A stretch of 64,000 bases of DNA. Source: a phage. A model generated the notes under the pieces. It was not told the origin of the DNA and did not search any database. It worked only from the letters and a program-made list of their open reading frames with translations. Both the position numbers and the translations under genes were made by a program. The stretch lies in sequence record PV357171.2; one strand, given 5' to 3'. Position 1 is the stretch's first letter, and the number at the start of each line of letters is the position of its first letter. Positions 9,372 through 18,581 of the stretch are shown here, piece after piece.

Positions 9372-11428
9372 TGATTTCGAATAATGCACCAGCCAAAATG
9401 GTCTTAAATAGTATAATGACTGGATATACAATGGCATATGTCCAGCACTCTATATATACTGACTATGACGTTATTGGTAGATCTTTTTGGTTAAAAACAG
9501 GGGAAAGTATAGATAGACGTGATTATACTGGTATAGATACTTTCTTCGTAATGATTAATAACCTGACCCCTTCAACCTCTTACGAGATTCAAGGGGCTTT
9601 TTATGATTCTATTATAGACTCTGAGCTATTAGAGGCTAAGATCGGTATAAATTTATCTAATAAAACTACCTTTAGTACTAAGAGAAAACCTACTATTACT
9701 GCTGCTCGATCAGAAGCAGATCCAGTAGATGTGGGTGTTGGTGCTCCAATAGTAGTTATAGAAACTACGGGAGAAGCTAGTTATTGTACTATTGAGCTAA
9801 AGAGTACTCAACCTTCAAATAGCCCGTGGGTAAAGCATTATATAGGTCCACTATCCCCCACTATTAGATTTGGTGGTGTTCCTGTTGGGGATTACAAAGT
9901 ACGCATATCAGGGCAAGTTACTATGCCTGATGGTGTAACGGTAGACTCCTCTGGGTACTTTGAATTTTCCAAAGTTCTTACTGTAGAATATAACTTTGTA
10001 CCTCCTACTGCTCCTAATAACATTACCTTCAAAGCTGCAAGAATAGCGGATGGTAAAGAGAGATATGACCTTCGTGTACAGTGGGAGTGGAATAGGGGAT
10101 CTGGAGCCAATGTTCGAGAATTTGTCGTTTCTTATATAGATTCCACAGAATTTGCAAGAACTGGATGGACTAAAGCTCAAAAAATTAACGTAGGTGCTGC
10201 ACAAGCGGCAACTATTATATCGTTCCCGTGGAAAATTGAGCATAAATTTAAAGTCTCCTCTATAGCGTGGGGGCCAGATGCTCAAGATGTAACAGATTCT
10301 GTAGTACAGACTTTTATACTAAATGAGGATACCCCTCTTGATAATAGTTTTGTTAATGAAACTGGTATAGAAGTAAACTATGCGTATATTAAAGGTAAGA
10401 TTAAAGATGGCTCCACGTGGAAGCAAACATTTTTAATCGATGCTACTACTGGTGCTATTAATATAGGTCTTCTAGATGCTGAAGGAAAAGCACCAATATC
10501 TTTTGATCCGATTAAAAAGATAGTTAACGTTGATGGTAGTGTTATAACTAAAACTATCAATGCTGCTAACTTTGTAATGACCAATCTAACTGGCCAAGAT
10601 AACCCTGCAATCTATACTCAAGGTAAAACTTGGGGGGATACAAAATCTGGTATCTGGATGGGAATGGATAACACTTCTGCTAAGCCAAAGCTAGATATAG
10701 GTAATGCTACTCAGTGGATACGCTATGATGGCGATGTGCTACGTATTTCTAGTGGAGTTGTTATTGGAACTCCTAATGGTGATGTAGATATTGGTACTGG
10801 GATGCAGGGTAAGCAAACAGTATTTGTTTATAAGTTAGCAACATCTCTACCCGCTAAACCACTAGAACAAGATTATCCGCCTCCTGGTTGGTCAAAAACT
10901 CCACCTAATCGTACAGATATGACACAAAATATCTATGCGACTACTGGTACACTTGATCCAGTTACTAACAAACTTCTTGAAGGTACTAGCTGGTCTGATG
11001 TAGTTCAATGGAGCGGTACTGAAGGTACTATTGGTGCAGATGGTCAAAGGGGTCCTGGCATGTATTCCTTAGGTATTCCAGGTCTTGGTGGTTGGGATGA
11101 TGGGCAAGCTAATACCTTCTTCCAGAATAACTTTGGTAGTCCACCCGTTAGATATGATGTATTGACTGAGTTTAATAGTAATGCTCCGCAATCTGCATTT
11201 ACTCGTCAATGGAATGGTTCCGGTTGGGTTAATCCAGCAATGGTACTGCATGGCGATATGATAGTTAACGGTACGGTAACCGCCAGTAAGATTGTAGCAA
11301 ATAATGCCTTCTTATCTCAGATCGGTGTTAACGTTATTTATGATAGAAACGCTGCATTATCTGATAATCCGGAAGCCTATTACAGAATGAAGATAGACCT
11401 GCAAAACGGGTACATCCATATAAGGTAA
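9356..11428 (+). CDS. tail tip central fibre protein (pb4-like, 690 aa)
   Basis: 690-aa ORF following hub gene; synteny with T5 pb4. Confidence 0.5.
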   Translation: MGIHLMISNNAPAKMVLNSIMTGYTMAYVQHSIYTDYDVIGRSFWLKTGESIDRRDYTGIDTFFVMINNLTPSTSYEIQGAFYDSIIDSELLEAKIGINLSNKTTFSTKRKPTITAARSEADPVDVGVGAPIVVIETTGEASYCTIELKSTQPSNSPWVKHYIGPLSPTIRFGGVPVGDYKVRISGQVTMPDGVTVDSSGYFEFSKVLTVEYNFVPPTAPNNITFKAARIADGKERYDLRVQWEWNRGSGANVREFVVSYIDSTEFARTGWTKAQKINVGAAQAATIISFPWKIEHKFKVSSIAWGPDAQDVTDSVVQTFILNEDTPLDNSFVNETGIEVNYAYIKGKIKDGSTWKQTFLIDATTGAINIGLLDAEGKAPISFDPIKKIVNVDGSVITKTINAANFVMTNLTGQDNPAIYTQGKTWGDTKSGIWMGMDNTSAKPKLDIGNATQWIRYDGDVLRISSGVVIGTPNGDVDIGTGMQGKQTVFVYKLATSLPAKPLEQDYPPPGWSKTPPNRTDMTQNIYATTGTLDPVTNKLLEGTSWSDVVQWSGTEGTIGADGQRGPGMYSLGIPGLGGWDDGQANTFFQNNFGSPPVRYDVLTEFNSNAPQSAFTRQWNGSGWVNPAMVLHGDMIVNGTVTASKIVANNAFLSQIGVNVIYDRNAALSDNPEAYYRMKIDLQNGYIHIR

Positions 11429-11431
11429 ATA

Positions 11432-11854
11432 ATGAGTACTGAAAATAGAGTTATAGACTTAGTAATAGATGAGAAAGTACCATATGGTTTAATGATGCAG
11501 TTCTTAGATGTTGATGATAGTACTTATCCACCTACAAGTACCCCTGTTAACTTAACTGGGTATTCTCTAAGGGGTACTATAAAAAATAGCCTAGATGAGA
11601 ATGCGGAGATATTGGCATCCTTTACTACTAATATTATTGATGCTGCTCAAGGGGCTGTAGCTATAAGTTTACCAGTAGAATCTGTGGAGAATATAGGAGC
11701 TAAAGCATCTAAAGATAGAGATAAATATAATCCTCGTCAGCGATTCGCAGGATACTATGATATAATTATGACTAGAGATGTTATAGGATCTGCAATTAGC
11801 TCCTTTCGTATAATGGAGGGTAAAGTATTTATCAGTGATGGGGTAACTAAATAA
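11432..11854 (+). CDS. collar protein (p132-like, 140 aa)
   Basis: 140-aa ORF immediately upstream of tail-fibre gene. Confidence 0.45.
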   Translation: MSTENRVIDLVIDEKVPYGLMMQFLDVDDSTYPPTSTPVNLTGYSLRGTIKNSLDENAEILASFTTNIIDAAQGAVAISLPVESVENIGAKASKDRDKYNPRQRFAGYYDIIMTRDVIGSAISSFRIMEGKVFISDGVTK

Positions 11855-14202
11855 TGGCAGTAACTACTAAGATTATTGTACAACAGATACTAAATATTGA
11901 TGATACTAAAGCTACTGCTAGTAAATTTCCTAGATATACAGTAACTCTTGGTAACTCTATTAGCTCTATTACTGCAAGTGAGTTAGTATCATCTATTGAG
12001 GCCGCAGCTAAGTCTGCTGCAGCTGCAAAAGACTCTGAAATAGCTGCTAAGACTTCAGAGCTTAATGCTAAGAACTCTGAACAGGAAGCTGCTATTTCTG
12101 CTGGAGCTTCTGAAGCCTCTGCCACTCAGTCCGCTACATCTGCTACTCAATCTGCAGAATCAGCGGATAGATCTGCAGAATCAGCCGCAGCAGCTAAAGT
12201 ATCAGAGACTAATGCGAAAGCTAGTGAAACTAAAGCTAAAACATCCGAGACTAATGCAAAAGCCTCAGAAACTAATGCAAAGTCTAGTGAAACCAAAGCT
12301 AAAACCTCGGAAACTAATGCTAAAACTAGTGAAACCAACGCTGCTGCTTCCGCTGCTGCTGCAAAAATTAGTGAGACTAATGCTAAGACTAGTGAGACTA
12401 ATGCTGCTGAGTCTGCTGCGTCTGCTGCCGATTCTAAAGGTTTTAGGGATGAAGCAGAAACATTTGCTGCACAAGCGGCTGCCTCTGCTGCGGCTGCTAA
12501 AGTATCCGAGACTAAGGCAAAAACATCAGAAACTAATGCAAAGTCTAGCGAAACTAAAGCTAAGGCTAGTGAAACAAATGCTGCTAGTTCTGCAACTTCA
12601 GCTAGTCAATCAGTAACCACTATTCAAGGTCTAAAATCTGACGTTGAGGAATTAAAATCTGATACTCAAACCATAAAGAATAGTGCTGTAACTGAGACAA
12701 CAGCTTTAAAAAATCAAGCGGCTACTTCTGCAACTAATGCTGCTGCATCTGCTACTGAAGCGGGAAAACAAGCTACTAATGCTGCTAATAGTGCTAATAG
12801 TGCTAAAACTGAGGCTGACCGTTCAAAAACTGAAGCTGATCGTGCTAAAGCTGAGGCAGATAGATCTGAAGCCGCTATTAATGATACTCCTGAGCTGCAG
12901 CCGTTACCTGATGTATGGATACCTTTTAATGACTCCTTAGATATGATTACCGGCTTCTCACCTAGCTATAAAAAGATTATAATTGGTGACGATGAAATTA
13001 CAATGCCTGGTGACAAGATTGTTAAGTTTAAACGTGCATCAACTGCGACATATATTAATAAATCCGGCGTTTTCACTGTTGCGGGAATTGATGAACCACG
13101 TTTTGAACGTGATGGTCTGCTTATTGAGGGGCAAAGAACAAACTATATTCTTAACTCCCTTACTGTTTCTAAATGGGGTGCATCTTCGTGGTTGACAATC
13201 TCATCAAGCGGAGTTGATAGCTTTGGTTTTACATATGGCCGATTTGATGTTCAGTCTAGTAATGTTGGAAGCACAACATCCGGTAATATTGCTGTGGCTC
13301 CTTCACCAAGAGCTTTTGACGTTACTGGTGATGAGAAGTATTGCACTATATCTTGCCGATGCAAATGTGAATCAGACATAGATATTCGATGCAGACTCCG
13401 ATTTGAGAACTACGACGGGACTGCCACATCCTTCATTGGCGATGCGTACATGAATATGCAGACTTTAGATATAACAACTACAGGTGGAGCAGCAGGTAGA
13501 ATTACAGCTAAAGCGGTCAAGGATAATGCTACAGGATGGATATTTTTTGAAGCGACAATAAAAGCACTAGATACCGAAAATATGATTGGTGGCCAAGTTC
13601 AGATAGCACCATCTCAAAGAGTTGGATCTTTTGCAGATGGCGATCATATTATTGTTGCAACGCCGCAATTTGAAGGTGGGGCGACTGCATCGTCATTCAT
13701 CATATCTGATACAGTTGCAGCGACAAGGGCTAGCGATATGGTGACAGTGCCAATTAAAAACAATCTTTATAGCTTACCTTTTACGGTTCTTTGTGAGGTA
13801 CATAAGAATTGGTACAAAACACCGAATGCAGCACCGCGAGTTTTTGATACTGCAGGTCATCAAACTGGAGCAGCAATCATTCTTGGATTTGGTTCTTCAA
13901 CAAATTACGATGGGTTTCCATATTGCGATATTGGTGGGTCTAACCGACGTGTTAACGAAAACGCATCGCTTGAAAAAATGGTTATGGGGATGCGTGTGAA
14001 AGAAGATCAGATGACATGTGCGATAAGTAATGGGCGTATATCTAGTGAGACAAAGACAACTTGGACTTATATTCAAAGCTCTGCAACCATTCGTATAGGT
14101 GGTCAGACAACAACAGGGCAGCGTCATTTATTCGGGCATGTCAGAAATTTTCGAGTATGGCATAAAGCATTGACTGACCGTGAATTGAAGGAGTCGGTAT
14201 GA
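11854..14202 (+). CDS. L-shaped tail fibre protein (LtfA-like, 782 aa)
   Basis: Long N-terminal Ala-rich region with tandem heptad repeats SETNAK(A/T/S) and TEADR repeats; C-terminal globular domain; tail-fibre locus. Confidence 0.65.
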   Translation: MAVTTKIIVQQILNIDDTKATASKFPRYTVTLGNSISSITASELVSSIEAAAKSAAAAKDSEIAAKTSELNAKNSEQEAAISAGASEASATQSATSATQSAESADRSAESAAAAKVSETNAKASETKAKTSETNAKASETNAKSSETKAKTSETNAKTSETNAAASAAAAKISETNAKTSETNAAESAASAADSKGFRDEAETFAAQAAASAAAAKVSETKAKTSETNAKSSETKAKASETNAASSATSASQSVTTIQGLKSDVEELKSDTQTIKNSAVTETTALKNQAATSATNAAASATEAGKQATNAANSANSAKTEADRSKTEADRAKAEADRSEAAINDTPELQPLPDVWIPFNDSLDMITGFSPSYKKIIIGDDEITMPGDKIVKFKRASTATYINKSGVFTVAGIDEPRFERDGLLIEGQRTNYILNSLTVSKWGASSWLTISSSGVDSFGFTYGRFDVQSSNVGSTTSGNIAVAPSPRAFDVTGDEKYCTISCRCKCESDIDIRCRLRFENYDGTATSFIGDAYMNMQTLDITTTGGAAGRITAKAVKDNATGWIFFEATIKALDTENMIGGQVQIAPSQRVGSFADGDHIIVATPQFEGGATASSFIISDTVAATRASDMVTVPIKNNLYSLPFTVLCEVHKNWYKTPNAAPRVFDTAGHQTGAAIILGFGSSTNYDGFPYCDIGGSNRRVNENASLEKMVMGMRVKEDQMTCAISNGRISSETKTTWTYIQSSATIRIGGQTTTGQRHLFGHVRNFRVWHKALTDRELKESV
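12186..12600 (+). repeat. imperfect 21-bp tandem repeats inside tail-fibre gene
   Basis: Repeated units of the form AGTGAAACTAATGCTAAAGCT and variants visible directly; in-frame heptad repeats. Confidence 0.7.
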
Positions 14203-14474
14203 AAGACTTAACTATGAAATTTAAGGACAAGAAAGCATTTGAGGATTTTCTTGTGGTTATTGATTGGGAAGGTAATGAAACTTTGCAAAATCAAATAATA
14301 CTTGATGTTATCGGATATACTTATACACAAACTGGTGGCTCAGAGGAAGAGCCCATATATACCCAGAATGGGGGATATTATGTGAACGTAAGGGTTATTG
14401 ATGATTCAATTGACTTCACTCAATACAGTGATCATAGTGTTATTCTTGAACAGTCTCTTAGAGAGTGGGCATAA
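14199..14474 (+). CDS. hypothetical protein
   Basis: 91-aa ORF, ATG overlaps ltfA stop (ATGA). Confidence 0.4.
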   Translation: MKDLTMKFKDKKAFEDFLVVIDWEGNETLQNQIILDVIGYTYTQTGGSEEEPIYTQNGGYYVNVRVIDDSIDFTQYSDHSVILEQSLREWA

Positions 14475-14483
14475 GGTTTTATA

Positions 14484-14648
14484 ATGGTAACTAAAACAGT
14501 AATTCCTACGGATATTACAAAACTTAAAAATGAGTCACTTAATAAAAATAATAACCTGAGTGACTTAGCAGACCGTGCAGCAGCCTGGCTAAATGTGCGT
14601 CCTATTGGGTCCACCCCTCTTGCGGGGGATCCTGTTGGGGGACTATGA
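14484..14648 (+). other. out-of-frame N-terminal segment of second tail-fibre gene; frame break at G5 run 14637-14641
   Basis: ATG at 14484 after AAGG; 54-codon ORF stops at 14646-14648; removing one G from the run fuses it in frame with the 14593..16227 ORF. Confidence 0.6.
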
Positions 14649-16227
14649 TGCCGCAACTAAACGTTGGGTAGAGAATAAGATTAACACTGGTACAGTTGGA
14701 CCCACTATGAATGGTGTTATGAACTACGGTGTTGGTGATTTCCACCTTCGAGATAGCCGTGCATACATTCAACCATACGAGGTGGTTTCTGATGGGCAGC
14801 TCCTTAATAGGGCTGACTGGCCGGAGCTTTGGTCTTACGCTCAAATGGTGGGGGCAATTAGTGATGCAAAATGGTTAGCAGATCCACATGAGAGAGGCAA
14901 ATACTCAGTTGGTGATGGTCGAACAACCTTCCGTGTTCCTGATCGAAATGGTGTTCAATCTGGCTCCTTTAAAGGTCTTTTTGGACGTGGTGATAGTGGG
15001 GTAACTTCTAACCTCGGTAGAACGAATGAGTCTTCTGCTCCTAACTTAACTGCCTACTTCAGAACCGTAACTGATACGTCAATTATTGAAAATGATGCTG
15101 CAAGTGGTGCTGGATACCCATCCGAGGCATACCAAAAATATGCTCGGCTAAGCGCTATTAAAGAAGAGGCTGCACTAGAAATATACCCACGTAGATGGAA
15201 CTTTGATGCTTCTCGCCAATCTAGTGTATATGGGCGTTATGGTAATACAGATGAGATTACACCTAATAACTTCACCGGTGTATGGGTAATCCGGGCGTCT
15301 GGTGGTTTCGTTGCAGCAAATACATCTTGGAGTGTTATTAACGGCGATGCGACCAGACCAACAGACAGCACAAGAGTTGAATCAGGGAAAGTAAGCGTAG
15401 AATATAAGATTGGAACGGCTATTGAGGCGCAGGGTAAAGTCTATACTGCTGCAACAATGGGCGGGACATATTCTACCCAGCTCTCTGTTAAAAATGCCAC
15501 TACGGGTAAAGAGAAAGATATCAGCGTCACAGAAGATGGTGATCTGTGGTCTGACCGCTTTAAGGGTAGATTTGGCACCCGTATGGCTTGGAGTCAGACC
15601 GGCTGGGTCTATGGCACATTTTCCCAAGCCAACCAAGCCATCGGTAACGACTACAGTTTCTACAGTATTCTTAGCGGCTCCCAAAGTTCAAGCTCGGGCT
15701 ATAAAACTCATACCCATATTGGTCAAATCCATAATGACAATGGTTCATTTGCTGATAGCTGCTGGCATGTTGCAGGTGATGATGATAATAAATATGGTGT
15801 ACGTTTAAAAATTCAGCCTAATAATAATAGTATTTATTTCTATTCTTGGTGGCCTAATGGTGCAGCAACCTATACTTTGCAATTAAATGCTATATCTGAT
15901 TCTCGCTTAAAGCATGATATTAAGGCTATAGATGCAACTAAATCCATCGAAATATTAAAAGGATTGGAATTCCAATCCTTTGTATATAATAACGATGAAA
16001 AATCTCGTATCCGACGTGGGGTTATTGCTCAGCAAGTAGAGACTATAGAACCACTTTATGTAAAAACTAGAAGATTTTATAATAATGATGGGGTAGAGCA
16101 AGAACAGAAGGAATTAGATACGACTCCAATGCTTCTTGACACTATGCATGTCGTGCAAGAACTTATAAAACGGATTGAATCTTTGGAAGAAGAACTCAAG
16201 CAATTAAGAGCAAACCTAGTGCAATAA
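14593..16227 (+). CDS. L-shaped tail fibre protein (LtfB-like) with C-terminal S74 intramolecular chaperone domain
   Basis: C-terminal NAISDSRLKHDIKAID motif and coiled-coil tail typical of autoproteolytic chaperone domains of phage fibres; true N-terminus probably at 14484 in another frame. Confidence 0.75.
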   Translation: MCVLLGPPLLRGILLGDYDAATKRWVENKINTGTVGPTMNGVMNYGVGDFHLRDSRAYIQPYEVVSDGQLLNRADWPELWSYAQMVGAISDAKWLADPHERGKYSVGDGRTTFRVPDRNGVQSGSFKGLFGRGDSGVTSNLGRTNESSAPNLTAYFRTVTDTSIIENDAASGAGYPSEAYQKYARLSAIKEEAALEIYPRRWNFDASRQSSVYGRYGNTDEITPNNFTGVWVIRASGGFVAANTSWSVINGDATRPTDSTRVESGKVSVEYKIGTAIEAQGKVYTAATMGGTYSTQLSVKNATTGKEKDISVTEDGDLWSDRFKGRFGTRMAWSQTGWVYGTFSQANQAIGNDYSFYSILSGSQSSSSGYKTHTHIGQIHNDNGSFADSCWHVAGDDDNKYGVRLKIQPNNNSIYFYSWWPNGAATYTLQLNAISDSRLKHDIKAIDATKSIEILKGLEFQSFVYNNDEKSRIRRGVIAQQVETIEPLYVKTRRFYNNDGVEQEQKELDTTPMLLDTMHVVQELIKRIESLEEELKQLRANLVQ

Positions 16228-16237
16228 TGTAAGAAAA

Positions 16238-16270
16238 CCCCAGTGGATTTTGTCCACTGGGGTTTATTAT
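16238..16270. terminator. bidirectional terminator between convergent late and early transcription units
   Basis: 10-bp stem CCCCAGTGGA / TCCACTGGGG, loop TTTTG, flanked by A-run upstream and T-run downstream. Confidence 0.75.
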
Positions 16271-16286
16271 TTATTTGATATGTAGA

Positions 16287-16733
16287 TTATTTATTTCCCG
16301 AACTTCCAAACCCGCCTTCACCACGATCAGTTTCCCCTAGTTCATCAACAATTTCAAAATTATGTGTTGAGTAGTGTGGTACTACTACCAACTGACAAAG
16401 TCTTTCAAAATTCTCCAGAGTTTGCATTTCAGAACCGTAATTATAGAGGTTCATCTTAATAGTACCACGATAGTCTGAGTCGATCACCCCTGCGGTGTTT
16501 GCGATCATCAGATGACGCTTACCTAAAGAGCTGCGAGGAACTACCAAACCGAACCAACCTCGCGGAATTTCTACCGCGACACCGGTGTCAATCATTAAGG
16601 ATTTGCCTGGTGCAATAGCACGTAAATCTGCAGCAGGGTTAGTACCAAAGAATGCTCGCAGATCCATACCTGCGGCATCTTCGGAACCAATCTTAGGCAT
16701 ACAATCTGGATGAGTTAATTTAATTTTAATCAT
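16287..16733 (-). CDS. dut: dUTP pyrophosphatase (dUTPase)
   Basis: 148 aa; motifs RSSLG and GVIDSDYRG characteristic of trimeric dUTPases. Confidence 0.85.
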   Translation of the reverse strand: MIKIKLTHPDCMPKIGSEDAAGMDLRAFFGTNPAADLRAIAPGKSLMIDTGVAVEIPRGWFGLVVPRSSLGKRHLMIANTAGVIDSDYRGTIKMNLYNYGSEMQTLENFERLCQLVVVPHYSTHNFEIVDELGETDRGEGGFGSSGNK

Positions 16734-17605
16734 TGTTCTGCAATCTCCAAAATATCTTTTGTAAACTTATCTAATACATCTTGACCTACAGCAGCAATAG
16801 CGTCCACACAGTAGGTAGGTAAATCAACTAAAATTAGGTTTCGATAAAGCAATTCTTCCGAAGCATTTAAATTCTGTATATATTTCTGTTTTCCAGGTAG
16901 TGGAAGCTGATCAATAATATCCAGAACGTTACCAAATTCACGAATAATATTATATCCGCGTTTTGCCCCAATACCTTCAACACCTCGGATATTATCCCCT
17001 AAATCACCCATAATTGCTTTCAGAGAGATAAACTGCTCTACATCGTCAACATTATGATGCTCGTACATATCACGAAGATGATATTCACGATGTGTTGTGA
17101 AAGAGAAGCGAGAAACTTTATCAGTTAATAAAGTATCCCAGTCACCATCGGTAGAAATTAGCCAAACATGATCATATAGATGCCCAATCAACTTAACAAT
17201 ATAAGCTGCCATATCATCTGCTTCTACGCCACGAATAGTGAAGGTTGGGAATGTAGTTTCACATAGTTCGAAAGCATCTTTCAAATACTCGAAGAACTGC
17301 TCATCTAACGCTTTCTCCTCTTCCGTACGCTGAGAGTATTTCTCATCTCGATTCCCTTTATACTCAGGGAGATGCTCTAAGCGGAATGCAGACTTCCCTT
17401 TATCTCCTAAAACTATTGTAGTTCTAGCGGAATAAGATTTTGCTAGAGACTGAATAGTGGAAACATAACTTGAGGCAAATGGTTTTTTACTATTGTTATG
17501 TTTGAAGCGAAAGCCTAAGTTAGTTCCATCGACAATCATTAGGTTACGACGGGAAGCCATTTCAGCTTCCTCTTCTTCAATAAATTTTCCCCAGGATTTA
17601 CTCAT
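16730..17605 (-). CDS. flap endonuclease / 5'-3' exonuclease (T5 D15-like, 291 aa)
   Basis: 291 aa; acidic metal-binding clusters and helix-3-turn-helix region of the FEN family; size identical to T5 FEN. Confidence 0.8.
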   Translation of the reverse strand: MSKSWGKFIEEEEAEMASRRNLMIVDGTNLGFRFKHNNSKKPFASSYVSTIQSLAKSYSARTTIVLGDKGKSAFRLEHLPEYKGNRDEKYSQRTEEEKALDEQFFEYLKDAFELCETTFPTFTIRGVEADDMAAYIVKLIGHLYDHVWLISTDGDWDTLLTDKVSRFSFTTHREYHLRDMYEHHNVDDVEQFISLKAIMGDLGDNIRGVEGIGAKRGYNIIREFGNVLDIIDQLPLPGKQKYIQNLNASEELLYRNLILVDLPTYCVDAIAAVGQDVLDKFTKDILEIAEQ

Positions 17606-18087
17606 TATTTAATTAAGTCCTCAACAGATGCATGATGTAGCCACGGCTCAAATAAACCAATTACGATTTCCATGTCTTTCTTATTTAACACCATATGGGT
17701 ACGACTCATTAAGTTGTCAACCATCGGGTCTGAGCTATCCAAAGCTATTAACCACTGTCCTCTGTCTTTTTTGAATATTAATGCAGGTTTGGAGTTCATC
17801 TGCTCACCTTCACGTGAGCACTGCTGCCACCACTTCTCTAGGGTGGATTCACCAACATTAAATAAATTACTTGATAATGCGTCGTCTTTATAATGTTTTA
17901 CTTCAAAACAGTACTTACTGATTTTGCCTGTTTGTGGTGGAAGGTAGATGTCACCTTTCAGTCCGTGGCTCTGGCCAAAAGCACCAGAGCCAGGCACTCT
18001 CTCCCACTCTAGCTTTGTTCGCTCTCTAAGAATATCTCTTACTTGATACTCAGCTCTTTTTCCTTTTTCTCTACTATCTACAGCCAT
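17605..18087 (-). CDS. hypothetical protein, possible PD-(D/E)xK nuclease fold
   Basis: 160 aa; D..E.K-like spacing (GDIYLP...FEVKHYK); weak call. Confidence 0.4.
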   Translation of the reverse strand: MAVDSREKGKRAEYQVRDILRERTKLEWERVPGSGAFGQSHGLKGDIYLPPQTGKISKYCFEVKHYKDDALSSNLFNVGESTLEKWWQQCSREGEQMNSKPALIFKKDRGQWLIALDSSDPMVDNLMSRTHMVLNKKDMEIVIGLFEPWLHHASVEDLIK

Positions 18088-18578
18088 TATTCCTCTGGGA
18101 AATTTAATACTGCGAAATCTCCGAAGTATTCTTTTGCTTTAATATCATAGGCTTTTGCCGCAATTTCTTCAGTTGGGTAGCTACCAATATACTCAGTTTT
18201 TCTGCTGAAAGGATTGCCAATTCTAGCGATATAGCTCCTACCATTAAAATGGACTCCTCTAACTGTATTTGGGCTAGACCTATTAGCCATATTCTGGGAT
18301 CTAGAACAGTCTCTCAGATTTTCTATTCTATTATTACTAACATCTCTATCTATATGGTCTATTTCCTTTGGCCAATAATTATTGAACATAAAAAATATCA
18401 GTCTATGAACATACTCTTGCCTCTGGAACAAAGTAACCCTTAGATACCCGGCCTTATTAGGAGTACCTGCAGGTACTCCTGCCTTCATCCTACCCCTAGT
18501 CTGCTTATTTATTAGCAGTCCATCCCTATAATTATATCTATTCCAAAGGTATTCTACAGTAACTCTTGGATCAGCCAT
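18087..18578 (-). CDS. HNH homing endonuclease
   Basis: Motif YL..HRL.F........IDH.D....N...NLR......N shared with five other ORFs in this window. Confidence 0.7.
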   Translation of the reverse strand: MADPRVTVEYLWNRYNYRDGLLINKQTRGRMKAGVPAGTPNKAGYLRVTLFQRQEYVHRLIFFMFNNYWPKEIDHIDRDVSNNRIENLRDCSRSQNMANRSSPNTVRGVHFNGRSYIARIGNPFSRKTEYIGSYPTEEIAAKAYDIKAKEYFGDFAVLNFPEE

Positions 18579-18581
18579 GTT

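Noticed and set aside
12065-12616. 183-aa plus-strand ORF rich in Leu/Lys/Pro overlapping the tail-fibre gene in another frame
   Set aside because: Produced by the 21-bp tandem repeats read out of frame; low-complexity, no RBS; the fibre frame is the coding one.
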